A stretch of 64,000 bases of DNA from Nitrosopumilales archaeon (GCA_044507735.1 JBIQJB010000001.1:220579-284578), one strand, 5' to 3'; shown: positions 28,713-38,557, counted from the first letter of the stretch. Numbers and translations are program-made. The notes: generated from the sequence alone by a model not told the origin.

Positions 28713-29695
28713 AATATCGAAGACTTGGCAAGAGCGGAATAAAAGTAAGCGAGATAGGATTTGGAACATGGACTATTGGCCTCGACTGGTGGGGCAAAAA
28801 GATCGATGACGACGAAGCGATAAGAATGCTTAAGCGCGCATACGACCTTGGAATCAACTTCTTTGAGACTGCAGACATGTATGGTAAGGGCAAGAGTGAG
28901 CGACTGATGGCTCAGGCCTTCAAGGACATGCGCGGCGAAGTAATCTATTCAACAAAATGGGGTTATGACATGTACAATGCTGAGCAGGTTGGGCACAACG
29001 AGCTCCCACAAAAACACGACCCTGAATTCCTTCATTTTGCGCTTTCAAAAAGCCTCGAGAGGCTAGAAACTGACTATGTGGATGTATACAGTCTGCACAA
29101 CCCCAAGATGGATGCGATAAAGAATGACGCACTTTTCCAGGCGCTTGATGACCTGGTGAAAAAGGGGACGGTCAAGAGCCACGGTGCTGCGCTTGGGCCC
29201 GCTATTGGGTGGAAAGACGAAGGACTTGAGGCGATAAGGAACCGCAACATCACTTGTCTCCAGACGGTCTACAACATATTGGAACAGGATCCAGGTCGCG
29301 ACTTTATCCGCGAAGCCGAACGCTACGATGTTGGAATCATGGTACGCGTGCCCGACGCATCAGGGTTGCTCACGGGAAAAGTCACGGCCAATACAAAATT
29401 TGACAAGAACGATCACCGCAGCTTCCGAAAGCAAGAGTTCATCCTCGAAGCAGTGCAAAAGATAGAGAACATGAAACCTGTTGCAAACAGCAAGGGGTGG
29501 AATATCACCGAACTTGCGATCAAGTTCATCTTGTCGCAAAAGCAGATTTCCGTGGTGCTGCCGACAGTGACAAGCATGGAAGAGCTAGAGATGTTTGCAT
29601 CGCTTTCCGATGGTAACTACCTTACTCCGTCAGAGGCTGCCCAGGTCGAACAAATGTACGAAAAGAACTTCTACGTCCAGCCAATCGCCAAATGA
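28709..29695 (+). CDS. Aldo/keto reductase
   Basis: YRRLGKSGIKVSEIGFG, FFETADMYG, SLERLETDYVDVYSLH. Confidence 0.93.
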   Translation: MKYRRLGKSGIKVSEIGFGTWTIGLDWWGKKIDDDEAIRMLKRAYDLGINFFETADMYGKGKSERLMAQAFKDMRGEVIYSTKWGYDMYNAEQVGHNELPQKHDPEFLHFALSKSLERLETDYVDVYSLHNPKMDAIKNDALFQALDDLVKKGTVKSHGAALGPAIGWKDEGLEAIRNRNITCLQTVYNILEQDPGRDFIREAERYDVGIMVRVPDASGLLTGKVTANTKFDKNDHRSFRKQEFILEAVQKIENMKPVANSKGWNITELAIKFILSQKQISVVLPTVTSMEELEMFASLSDGNYLTPSEAAQVEQMYEKNFYVQPIAK

Positions 29696-30237
29696 GTGCC
29701 ACAACGGAGCTCTTGCAGGATCACGTCTTCATCCGACGGCTGCAGACGGTCATTGAAAAATGCTACACTCTGCTATATGAAGGCAAGGAGGTGCCATTTG
29801 GCGACCTCGTCAAGATATCTGACATGATTGAGCAGTTTGTGGACAACCTCCACCATGGTAAGGAAGAAAAAAGCTACTTTCCGGAAACAGAGGGCAGGGA
29901 TCATTATTCAGAAGAGATCCGAAAGTTTGTGATAGAACACGAATTCGGCCGGAGGATCGCCAAGAGGGTGAGGATGCATCTGGAGGAACTTTTGCAGGGT
30001 AGGGACGCAAGGGAGCCTCTGGCGCGTTTCCTGAAAACTTATTCTGTCTTTATTTTGGATCATACTTCAAAAGAGGACAGGTTCTTTAACGACATTAAGG
30101 AAAGAAGATTGCTCTCTGACAAGGAAGAGGAGGATCTAAAAAGGGCTTTTGAACTCATGAGACGCGACTGCATGCGCAAGAGCGGCGACATGGAGAAAAT
30201 GCTGCAGCAGCTGGAAAGCGCCGAGTGGGCGCGCTAG
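29692..30237 (+). CDS. Hemerythrin-like (HHE) protein
   Basis: DH...HHGKEE...EHE...HTSKED ligand pattern. Confidence 0.88.
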   Translation: MSATTELLQDHVFIRRLQTVIEKCYTLLYEGKEVPFGDLVKISDMIEQFVDNLHHGKEEKSYFPETEGRDHYSEEIRKFVIEHEFGRRIAKRVRMHLEELLQGRDAREPLARFLKTYSVFILDHTSKEDRFFNDIKERRLLSDKEEEDLKRAFELMRRDCMRKSGDMEKMLQQLESAEWAR

Positions 30238-31229
30238 ACAAAATATTTCACGCGCTCTTTCTTGAACTCGCGGGAGCTGAAAAGTATCTGGTAGTCCTTT
30301 ATGCCGATCGCTTCAGACATCTCGGCGGCCATTTTTTCTGCGGCCTCGAGCGTCCTTGCATGCACCATGCTGAATAGGTTGAACCTCCAGTCCGGGTAGA
30401 TCGGCCTCCTGTAGCAGTGGCTTACTTGCGGAAAAGCGGCCAGCTTGAACCCAACTTCGTCAATCTTGTCTTCTGGCACATGCCACACGACCATCCCGTT
30501 GGCGACAAAGCCAGCGTCACGGTGGCGCAGTATTGCAGCAAACCGCCTCATGATTCCGTTCTTCTCGTATTCTTTCGCCCTGGCAAGCAGCTCGCCTGTT
30601 GTTATTCCCAAGTTGTCGGCAAGTTCCTTGAATGGCTCTGGTACCACTGCAAGATCCTTTTGGAGTTCGCGGATGAATTCCTTGTCTCGCTCGGTAATCT
30701 GCACTTTTTCTGGATTGAGCTCCTTCACTTCTTCAGTCGGCTTGGGTTTCTCTGGATCGCTGTTTACCATATCGAGCCTGACGCCTATCTTGTAGAGCTT
30801 TAAGGTGGGGAGCACTCTGTACTTTATTACGCCGTCGAGAGCCGCCATTCTGTCAAGATCGACTTTCATGTCGGTGCCGGGCGGGACCGCAAGCGTGAAC
30901 CACATGTTGTATTCGTGGTTGCGTTCATAGTTATGGCTGACGCCCGGATGCTCGTTCACCTTTTCTGCAACGTATTCAAGTTTGTCCGGCTTTACTGAAA
31001 ATGCTACCAGCGCGCTCTTGTAGCCGAGTCTACGTGTGTCAAAGATCGCGTTTATCTGTCTGATAAGCCCGATATTTTTCAACGAAGATATTCTGCGCAT
31101 GACTTCTTGTTCGGAGATTCCATACCTTTGTGCAATCTCCAGATAAGGCCTGTCTACGAGAGGAAAAACCCATTGGATCTCGTTTAGCAGCTTCTTGTCA
31201 ACCTCATCAAGCCGCTCGTTCACTTGCAT
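30234..31229 (-). CDS. Fused siroheme decarboxylase AhbA-AhbB (NirDL-like, AsnC fold)
   Basis: Tandem domains with FPLVDRPY...VSHNYERNHEYNMWFT and VSHCYRRP...FNLFSMVH...FKK. Confidence 0.88.
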   Translation of the reverse strand: MQVNERLDEVDKKLLNEIQWVFPLVDRPYLEIAQRYGISEQEVMRRISSLKNIGLIRQINAIFDTRRLGYKSALVAFSVKPDKLEYVAEKVNEHPGVSHNYERNHEYNMWFTLAVPPGTDMKVDLDRMAALDGVIKYRVLPTLKLYKIGVRLDMVNSDPEKPKPTEEVKELNPEKVQITERDKEFIRELQKDLAVVPEPFKELADNLGITTGELLARAKEYEKNGIMRRFAAILRHRDAGFVANGMVVWHVPEDKIDEVGFKLAAFPQVSHCYRRPIYPDWRFNLFSMVHARTLEAAEKMAAEMSEAIGIKDYQILFSSREFKKERVKYFV

Positions 31230-31287
31230 TTGGCAAAGTCAAAATTGTTTCCCATCTATTAAAAACCTACCTCTTTCACTATGTATC

Positions 31288-31380
31288 ATGGTAGATGCAG
31301 GCGACGCCCTCTGGATCACCTCTGTCATTGCACTGTCCATAGGAGCTACCTTTCTGATGCTGTATCTCCTCAGGCGGTGA
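31288..31380 (+). CDS. 30-aa single-TM peptide
   Basis: MVDAGDALWITSVIALSIGATFLMLYLLRR; TATTAAA about 27 bp upstream (leaderless spacing). Confidence 0.55.
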   Translation: MVDAGDALWITSVIALSIGATFLMLYLLRR

Positions 31381-31606
31381 TCTAGCCTGCCGCCGCCCCT
31401 CCCTCCCCTAAACGTGCTCTCTTGGTTATAAGGATGGAAACCAAGCGTGTATTTGCCTGTAGGGCTTGTAGCCATCAAGGCGCCTGCTCCCCCAGCGCGC
31501 TCTACAGGCAAACCCCGATTTCAAGAATTTACACTCTTTCAGATCAGGGGGGTGCATATGGTTTATTTGTCAATTCCGCGAATATTGTACGTGGAGGAGA
31601 AGAAAC

Positions 31607-31813
31607 ATGGTTGACAGGGCAAGACTGGCAGCTACAAGATGGATTCCCTACAGCTCGGCAGGCGCCGCAGTATCACTTGTCGCCGGGTTTCTGCTGGGCC
31701 TTCCGCCGATACAGGTAATCGTATCGACTGCACTGACCGCGACTCTGATCTTTAGCGGACTGTTCTTCCAGTCGTACGGAAGAGAAGAGAAAGGCCAAGA
31801 GGTCCGGCAATAG
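31607..31813 (+). CDS. Small two-TM membrane protein
   Basis: Two hydrophobic segments; SD-like GGAGG upstream; T-tract downstream. Confidence 0.6.
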   Translation: MVDRARLAATRWIPYSSAGAAVSLVAGFLLGLPPIQVIVSTALTATLIFSGLFFQSYGREEKGQEVRQ

Positions 31814-31908
31814 GATAATTCCCTTCTCACTTTTTTCGTCATTTGGGTAACAAGGTTACTGTTAATTTTTAAGTCGGGAGCGCGAAGTAAAGGGTACTAG
31901 AGAAGTCT

Positions 31909-32151
31909 ATGAGGCTATTTGGGTGGAAGCCGAAAGGCAAGATGTACAGTCTGAAATGCAACCAATGCGGCAAGGGCTTCTTGTCAAGCTACGCCCTTGA
32001 AGCACCAATATGTGGCACATGTCTTCAAAAAGCCAAGTCATTAGACTCTACCATAGAACACGAAAAGCATTGCATAAAGTGTGGTTCTGCAGGAGTGATC
32101 TATGGTAAGGAATACTGCTACTCTTGCTACTTTAATTTCGGCAAAAAGTAG
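31909..32151 (+). CDS. Small double zinc-ribbon protein
   Basis: Four CxxC pairs (CNQC, CGTC, CIKC, CYSC) in 80 aa. Confidence 0.7.
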   Translation: MRLFGWKPKGKMYSLKCNQCGKGFLSSYALEAPICGTCLQKAKSLDSTIEHEKHCIKCGSAGVIYGKEYCYSCYFNFGKK

Positions 32152-32222
32152 GACGTCAATACGCCTCCATTGTGTGGAGGCGCCAGCAGAAGAAAGAAAA
32201 TGTATGGATGCCCGTTGGTGTT

Positions 32223-32720
32223 TCACGCGGCGGATTCTCTTGCCATCATGCCCTTCCATGCCTGGAAGATCGGCTCATATTTTTTCGCCGGTTCGATCAC
32301 ACCTAACTGCATCATGAACCTGAGATCATCTCGAAATGCCTTATGCTCTACAATCTTGCTATCGGTGGTCAACCTATAGATGTGTGCTGCCATGTAGGAG
32401 AAACTATTGCCAGTGGGTTCTATCCCAAAGAAGTTTCCTACATGCTTGCCGGTTACCCGGAGGATCATGATTACCTTGTCGCCAGACGCAATGGTTTCCT
32501 GCTCCTCGTAGTGCAGGTCCGCAAATGCGTTCCGAAGCTTTGTAATGGTGTCTCTCACCTCGTCCGCCCCGCGCAGCTTGCCTCGCTCAGGGCTTGCCTG
32601 TGACTCGTGGTTAAAATATTGCGAGTCAACCAGTTCGTCAATCTTGGTAACATCGCCGGTGTTAAATGCTTCGATCACTTTCCTTACTGTTCTTATGTTT
32701 TCTTCTATGTTACCTGACAT
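32223..32720 (-). CDS. SnoaL-like ester cyclase (NTF2 fold)
   Basis: ENIRTVRKVIEAFNTGD...AFADLH...GKHVGNFFGIEPTGN...KIVEH. Confidence 0.9.
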   Translation of the reverse strand: MSGNIEENIRTVRKVIEAFNTGDVTKIDELVDSQYFNHESQASPERGKLRGADEVRDTITKLRNAFADLHYEEQETIASGDKVIMILRVTGKHVGNFFGIEPTGNSFSYMAAHIYRLTTDSKIVEHKAFRDDLRFMMQLGVIEPAKKYEPIFQAWKGMMARESAA

Positions 32721-32800
32721 GCGCGACTAGTCACCAAACTTATTCTTAAGAAATTTGGAAGAAAATTCAGATTTTCCAAAATAGAGAAAGGGAAAGGGGA

Positions 32801-33082
32801 TTAATCCTGTGGGAGAGGATCATTCCTGCTAATCTTGTATGCAAACACGTCGTTGAACGTCAGCCCGAGGATCACGTTGCGGCCCGACGCGATTATCTTC
32901 TCTTTTGGTACTGCAAACCTGTAATCGTAGTGGCCGTCAACAATTATCTTGGTCTTCGTCTCCTTTATTACATGTCCCACATGGTCTTCGTCCTGCGTCC
33001 TAACTCCTTTGTTAAAAAGCGAAGTTGGGTACCTGCCCTCGTATGTGGCTAAATCAACCCTTGTATCTGGTATTGCCATCAA
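32801..33082 (-). CDS. Hypothetical protein (PRC-barrel-like)
   Basis: KGVRTQDEDHVGHVIKE...FAVPKEKI...YKISRNDPLP. Confidence 0.65.
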   Translation of the reverse strand: MMAIPDTRVDLATYEGRYPTSLFNKGVRTQDEDHVGHVIKETKTKIIVDGHYDYRFAVPKEKIIASGRNVILGLTFNDVFAYKISRNDPLPQD

Positions 33083-33387
33083 TTTCTGTAATGGCAGGAT
33101 GCAAGATTAACTGTGCTTGGAACAAGGCTGTATTGAACAGTAGTGCAACCAAGAAATCATCCTAGTGACTGCCCAGTCTAACGCGGTTATGATTATTCAA
33201 AAATGTTCTTGATAAGCACTAATGACTAGAGGGACGTAGAATTTTTCATGTGACAGCCAGACCAGGGAGCCAGCTCCTCAGTCGGTATGGCTGTCGCAAG
33301 GCGAGATGCTTCACAACAACAAGACATTTCCAGGGGCTGGTTCCAGCACGATATAACTCTTTAATGGGATAAGGTAGATGTTCGAAT

Positions 33388-33519
33388 ATGCCTTCAAGCG
33401 AGCTTTTGAGGTGCACGGTTTGTGGACAGGATTTCCCAACAATCGATTCACTAATGGAGCACCAGCTGGCAGAAGAGGAAGAAGTTGAGCTCCGCCACAA
33501 AGGATTCGCCGATGGCTAG
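33388..33519 (+). CDS. 43-aa C2H2-like zinc-finger protein (not in ORF track)
   Basis: MPSSELLRCTVCGQDFPTIDSLMEHQLAEEEEVELRHKGFADG; C-x2-C-x3-F-x5-L-x2-H spacing; TTTAAT upstream. Confidence 0.65.
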   Translation: MPSSELLRCTVCGQDFPTIDSLMEHQLAEEEEVELRHKGFADG

Positions 33520-34267
33520 ATGATGGTATGTCCACAGCGCCTGCGACGTTCACAAAATCGGAGCACGTTTAGCTAGGGATCTTAAGAATCTTCAAGACTG
33601 CCTAGCCATTATCATGACGTGTATCTACGAGAATCCCTATGGGATCTTGCAGAATTTATGGCGGAGAGATGCGAAAGATCGCAATCTGTTCTGCTTGTGA
33701 GGGAAATGTCCAATGGAAGTGCATTTCATGCAGCAAAGAGACTGACAGATCGGTCCATATTCATGAGCGCAAAATAGTCGCCTCAAGAACGATTGACAAC
33801 GAAAAAACCTGAGCACAAGTCCATGGACTTCAACCGTGCGGTGGGGTAGAGAGGCAGCTGCAACAACCACATCAGCAGGCATTTTGGGTACACTACTACT
33901 TATGCTACGTTGGCAACGGTAGCGGAAAATGGCTCCTCTCCTCCTGTGAATGTCGTGAGCAGCATAACAAAAAGGGCAGATCAGCGGAGGAGCAGCAGTA
34001 ACAGTAGCAGGCATTGGCTATGACTCCAATGCTTAGGTGGGAGTGTGTACCATCGATGGCATTAGGAACCTTGAACGCTTTGGGGTTGAGAGGATGTCAG
34101 ATCATCACAGGCGAGCCTCTCCAAACGGAGTCGCCTGCTACTTCTTCCAGTTCTTCTTCAGATGGAGCGGCAATGTAGGTTATTATGTTATTTATAATCA
34201 AGAAGAATCAGAGGGAACTTGCGTGGTGCCATGCTTTTATCTGGCCGTTTGATACAATACCTTTACG

Positions 34268-34657
34268 ATATCTCGTGAGACCAGAGGCGAACGTTATGTT
34301 GATCTTCCCGGGCTGGTCCTTGCAGTAAACAGGTCCATACGGTACTGTGCAGTTGTGAACAAGCTGGGCTATATAATCGCCCAAAAGTACCGCAGGGGTC
34401 TCCAGCCGCTAATGACTGCAGAAGAAACTCGCAAGAACGCGCTGCATGCAATAATCCGACATTCGACCCGGTTATCGTGGGAAAGCAAGTTTGGTAAGTC
34501 GTTGTACTCGATCACTCGATACGAGAATGTCATAAGGGCTACAATACCACTGATCGAAAATCATCTACTGCTGGTGTCACTTGATCCAAAAGTTGGCAAT
34601 GTGGATGGACTGATGATGCAAGGCGTATTACCTGCAATCAGAGGTTATCAAACTTGA
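34268..34657 (+). CDS. DUF6659-like protein; homology extends upstream of GTG 34355, possible ATA start
   Basis: In-frame LVLAVNRSIRYCAVVNKLG aligns with KVITLDRSVRFAGIADEDG of the 5827 paralog. Confidence 0.6.
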   Translation: MSRETRGERYVDLPGLVLAVNRSIRYCAVVNKLGYIIAQKYRRGLQPLMTAEETRKNALHAIIRHSTRLSWESKFGKSLYSITRYENVIRATIPLIENHLLLVSLDPKVGNVDGLMMQGVLPAIRGYQT

Positions 34658-34829
34658 CATTTGTTCAAATTCTCTATTGATTCCCATAGTGAGAGATGGA
34701 TGATGATGATGCAATTGTTTTTTTCTTGGATTGAGAATACAAATTGCAAAACCGAAAAGTGATCCTTTTCTCTTCTATACTCTGATTGCTACTCAATGCA
34801 TAACTAGCATTCTTGCGAATTTCTCAGTT

Positions 34830-35420
34830 ATGCGAGAGGAACAAAAAATCCTCAACCATTTCATCGACACTGAAGATGAAAATGGCCATACAAACATTCT
34901 CCATGAATTGCAGACGGTAACAGAACAAAAAGTGGAGGAACTAGACTACGAGCAACAGATAGACCGGTGGAACAGGTACCAGCAGCTTCTGGACAAAATA
35001 GAAAAGAAGTGTGATACAAATACTGGGGTCAGACTTGCCAGAAACGTCTGGCACAACTTCAAACTCTTTACTGCTACATCTTCTGCGGTACTTGCTGTTG
35101 TGGGGATTACAGGATTGATGGCATTATTGGGGGCATATACGTTGGATAATGCCTATTATGCGGCCGGAGGCCTCTTTGCTCTGGGTGTTGCAGCATGGCA
35201 GGCGTTCATCAGGCTTCACCATCCATCTGCAATCCACTTCAAGTGTTCTCCTGTCTTGCATATCGACGAATTTGCCTACATCCGACACGCGATAAAGTCA
35301 ATCCCGCCAATTGAGAATGACCCTGTGGTGAGGCTGCCTGTGCTTGAAATGTCTGTGTCGAGGGCATGGCTGGCGCAACACGGGATGTTGAAACTCATGC
35401 AAAACCTTGTTGACATATAA
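34830..35420 (+). CDS. Hypothetical two-TM membrane protein
   Basis: Coiled/hydrophilic N-terminus, two TM helices; ATG 34830. Confidence 0.6.
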   Translation: MREEQKILNHFIDTEDENGHTNILHELQTVTEQKVEELDYEQQIDRWNRYQQLLDKIEKKCDTNTGVRLARNVWHNFKLFTATSSAVLAVVGITGLMALLGAYTLDNAYYAAGGLFALGVAAWQAFIRLHHPSAIHFKCSPVLHIDEFAYIRHAIKSIPPIENDPVVRLPVLEMSVSRAWLAQHGMLKLMQNLVDI

Positions 35421-35685
35421 AACTCAATGAGTTAGTAGTGGACATAAAATAACAAGACTCACGACTATGTCGCGTCATGGAAACAAGACCAAAAATGAGA
35501 AAAGAATGGCCAATGTGTGAGAATAGCTTGTGCTTGTCACTGCACTCCTGTTTCGCTTATACTCTCCGTTTTTGACTATGATTGGTAATCCCTTGTAAGC
35601 GTCTGGCACGCGAATGAACCTGCACGTAGCTAGCAACTCGCAAGTGTTGCGGAATCCCTGCCCGTAGCCAACAACCTGACCGGCG

Positions 35686-35943
35686 TTATTTCAGATGGCG
35701 ACCTTGGCGCAGTTTCTCATATTTGCTGCGAATCCGATCCTTTGCCTTGCGAGTTGCGTCCGCGTCAATCTCTATTTTCTTGACAATACCATTTTCCACG
35801 TGTAGCTCGAGTCGCATACCCGGCTTTGCACCATCTACTAGTTCCAGCGGAACATCAAATCGCTGGAAGTCAGTGTCTGAGTATATGATGGCATGTTCTC
35901 CTTCAATGCGATCATAGCTAGCTTTGATTACTCTTTTTTCCAT
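35686..35943 (-). CDS. DUF3006 family protein
   Basis: DRIEGEHAII...VPLELVDGAKPG...IDADATRKAKDRIRSKYEKL; typical partner of ComEC-like MBL genes. Confidence 0.8.
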   Translation of the reverse strand: MEKRVIKASYDRIEGEHAIIYSDTDFQRFDVPLELVDGAKPGMRLELHVENGIVKKIEIDADATRKAKDRIRSKYEKLRQGRHLK

Positions 35944-37403
35944 CGGCTACTTATCCTAGTATAACCCACAAGTGAAATTAATGCTATTGTCGCAATCAAT
36001 GCCACGGCCGCTTGGAATTCGGGCACCACCACTGTCCTTCCGGTTCTCTCGGTGAAAATTGAATAACCATCGCTTCCATCCGTGGTCAGCGTTATTGTGC
36101 CGTCAATATCTGTTCTGAAAATGTGCTCAGCTCCTGCAGCAGCTATCCTCTCCAGCGCTGCTTGATGGGGATGACCGTAGCTATTGTTTGCTCCCGCTGA
36201 TATGACAGCAACCTCTGGCGAGACGGCCTGTAGAAAAGGGTCGGTGCTTGAATATCGACTGCCGTGGTGACCCACCTTTAGGACATCAGCGTCAAGGGAA
36301 GCCTTTCGTTCCCTGACCAGACGTTCCTCAACATATTGTTCCATATCTCCTGTGAACAAAGCCGTGAAATTTCCATATGTCAACTTCATGACCACGGAAT
36401 TGTTGTTCAACTTATCCTCTATTCCTTCTGGCAAAGGAAATACTGGGTTGAAAAAATCCAACCTCGCTGAGGGATCGATATTGATCGAGCCGCCGTCCCT
36501 TGCAGTCTCAAGTGGAATTTGCTTTGCCTCGATAGCGTCCAAAAAGTCTTCAAATGTTCGCGTTGTGTGAATCTGTCCGGAATCCACGACATATCCTATT
36601 TCTATATCGCTATTGATGATATCGATCAGTCCGCCTATGTGATCCGCATGTGGATGAGTGGCTACTATCAAATCCAAGCGATTCAAACCGTGATCCCTTA
36701 TGGTGGAAAGCACCTTACCGGAGCTGTCGCGCTCGCCACCGTCAATTAGCATCGTCTTTGAATTAGAGAAAATAATCAAAATAGAGTCTCCCTGACCAAC
36801 GTCGATGAAAGTTATTGTAAGGGTGCCGTTTGGAGCGTAACGTGAATAGTTGGCGCCGGGTGAAGGCTCCTGTTGGGACATCGGATTGGGAAGAGGGATC
36901 GAAGAACCGCCTTCAGAGTCATTGACAGTAGTTCCAACATTGGCATAACCTAGGGTTTCGCTGGAGAAGACCCAGGTATTGTCTGCTCCGTCGGGTGACC
37001 GCTGCCAAGTGGCGTTATCATTGTCCTTATCCGAAAACGGGCCTGCCGAATCTATGAGCTCACCAGAATCATTTCTTAATTCTATTATTTCACCGTCGTT
37101 ATCCAGCCACTGAGAACCGCTGCCGACCAATAGATAGCCCCCGGGTGGAATGATTGTTCCCGAACCTATGGTAACTCTAACACCATTACCTTTCGTAGAG
37201 CTTATGATCCAACCGCCAACATCGATCGCGCTGGTTGAAGGATTGAAGAGCTCAACCACTTCCGCTCCGGCATCTGGACCTTTGGGATTTGATTCGATTT
37301 CATTGATTACAATGGTGGAGGCAGTTGCTATTGCCTGGTTGGAAGCAAACAACGACGAGGAAAGGATAACTGCAACCAAGATAAAGAGGAATTTTCTACT
37401 CAA
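35928..37403 (-). CDS. Secreted lamin-tail-domain + ComEC/Rec2-like metallo-beta-lactamase nuclease with PEF(G)-CTERM anchor
   Basis: Signal peptide; IVINEIESNP...VELFNP (LTD); DVGQGDS, THPHADHIGG, LFTGD, KVGHHGS, YGHPH; VPEF-TM-basic tail. Confidence 0.9.
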   Translation of the reverse strand: MSRKFLFILVAVILSSSLFASNQAIATASTIVINEIESNPKGPDAGAEVVELFNPSTSAIDVGGWIISSTKGNGVRVTIGSGTIIPPGGYLLVGSGSQWLDNDGEIIELRNDSGELIDSAGPFSDKDNDNATWQRSPDGADNTWVFSSETLGYANVGTTVNDSEGGSSIPLPNPMSQQEPSPGANYSRYAPNGTLTITFIDVGQGDSILIIFSNSKTMLIDGGERDSSGKVLSTIRDHGLNRLDLIVATHPHADHIGGLIDIINSDIEIGYVVDSGQIHTTRTFEDFLDAIEAKQIPLETARDGGSINIDPSARLDFFNPVFPLPEGIEDKLNNNSVVMKLTYGNFTALFTGDMEQYVEERLVRERKASLDADVLKVGHHGSRYSSTDPFLQAVSPEVAVISAGANNSYGHPHQAALERIAAAGAEHIFRTDIDGTITLTTDGSDGYSIFTERTGRTVVVPEFQAAVALIATIALISLVGYTRISSRWKKE

Positions 37404-37657
37404 CCATGATTACGAGGACTGACATCGATATAGATATTGTGCAGGCATAGGCACTGGCCGGGGCTTTCTTTCACAATTTGGAATTTCTACCGTTGACCAG
37501 TGCTCCGGCTACGCTGCTCCAATGGATGCGAGTAGTTCCGCAAATGCCGTTGGCTCCGGCACTGCCGCACGGTGGAGTCGCTTCTAACTCTGACAGGGAA
37601 TCACATTACTGATCTCTCTACTGAGATGCGTTACATTCGAACAAATTTTAAGAAAGA

Positions 37658-37769
37658 TGGCGCGGGGAGTGGGAATTTCGCGCTGCCGAATAACAGCGTT
37701 TCGAACCCACGAGTCCTTGCGGACATGGGATTAGCAATCCCACGCCCTACCAGGCTAGGCGACCCCCGC
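37658..37769 (-). tRNA. tRNA-Ser(GCT) with a 25-nt non-canonical intron at 59/60 (intron 37675-37699); CCA encoded
   Basis: Acceptor GCGGGGG/TCCCCGC-G-CCA; anticodon arm TGGGA-TTGCTAA-TCCCA; long variable arm; strict BHB GTGGG-TTCG-AAA...CGAA-ATT-CCCAC. Confidence 0.95.
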
Positions 37770-37802
37770 CCGCAAATTTCATTCAGGTTGTGCCAATTTA
37801 TA

Positions 37803-38342
37803 CTATCCGCAGCGATATGGTCCGAGGCTCTCCAACTTTGCGGCAGAATAGGTCATGCACTCCGTGTATGGGCTACCAGTTGCGCTGATACAACCCTCTT
37901 TTGCAGCTGGACCTGTAGGCCGGTATGTCACCGCTGATATTTTTACTGATGTGGCAACTGCTGTTGATAGTAGCCTTGTGACTGATAGTTCAAAAGTGGA
38001 CTTTGTCCGAGCTTTTCCCCCTGCTCTCATCCCGAGCTCCTCGTGTCTTGTATATCTGAGGAACACGTTGAGGCTTGCGACGATAACCACTACACAGATC
38101 AATACCAGCGGCATTCCGATGATTGCGATGCATCTCCAAGCATCTGTGAACAAACCAGTGTCCAGAATGTGATCTGCCAATTCAAGGTAACCGGGCAAAG
38201 GCTTGGTAAGCCAGTCTTCCCTGCCACCAGCTTGACAGATGATGGATTTGACTGATGCTGCTGTTGGGACGTACTCTGTCTTGCTTGACAAGATATCAAA
38301 GCGAATAGTGAGAATTCTTGATACTCTCGATATTGATGACAT
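37803..38342 (-). CDS. Doubtful or decayed membrane protein ORF
   Basis: 179-aa ORF with one TM; no recognisable family. Confidence 0.3.
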   Translation of the reverse strand: MSSISRVSRILTIRFDILSSKTEYVPTAASVKSIICQAGGREDWLTKPLPGYLELADHILDTGLFTDAWRCIAIIGMPLVLICVVVIVASLNVFLRYTRHEELGMRAGGKARTKSTFELSVTRLLSTAVATSVKISAVTYRPTGPAAKEGCISATGSPYTECMTYSAAKLESLGPYRCG

Positions 38343-38557
38343 ATGCGAGATATGATTTCAAAATAAACCACGGCAAATTAGAGCCGATGTCCCACCCCAT
38401 CATGTAAAGGGAGGAATTTGCTAAATTCCAAACCAAGAAAAATCTGTTGAGAACAACATCTTGTATGCGTAATGCCAAGCCTGCATTTTTTTGTAGAACT
38501 GGATTCACTTCCAATCTGTACAATTTGCTATATCTATTGGTGTGCCCGGTTTTCTCG

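Noticed and set aside
33637-34252. ORFs 33637-34014 and 34037-34252
   Set aside because: Atypical composition, no motifs, no convincing start signals
31380-37657. Integrated element at tRNA-Ser
   Set aside because: No integrase and no duplicate of the tRNA 3' end (attL/attR) found; treated only as a variable region
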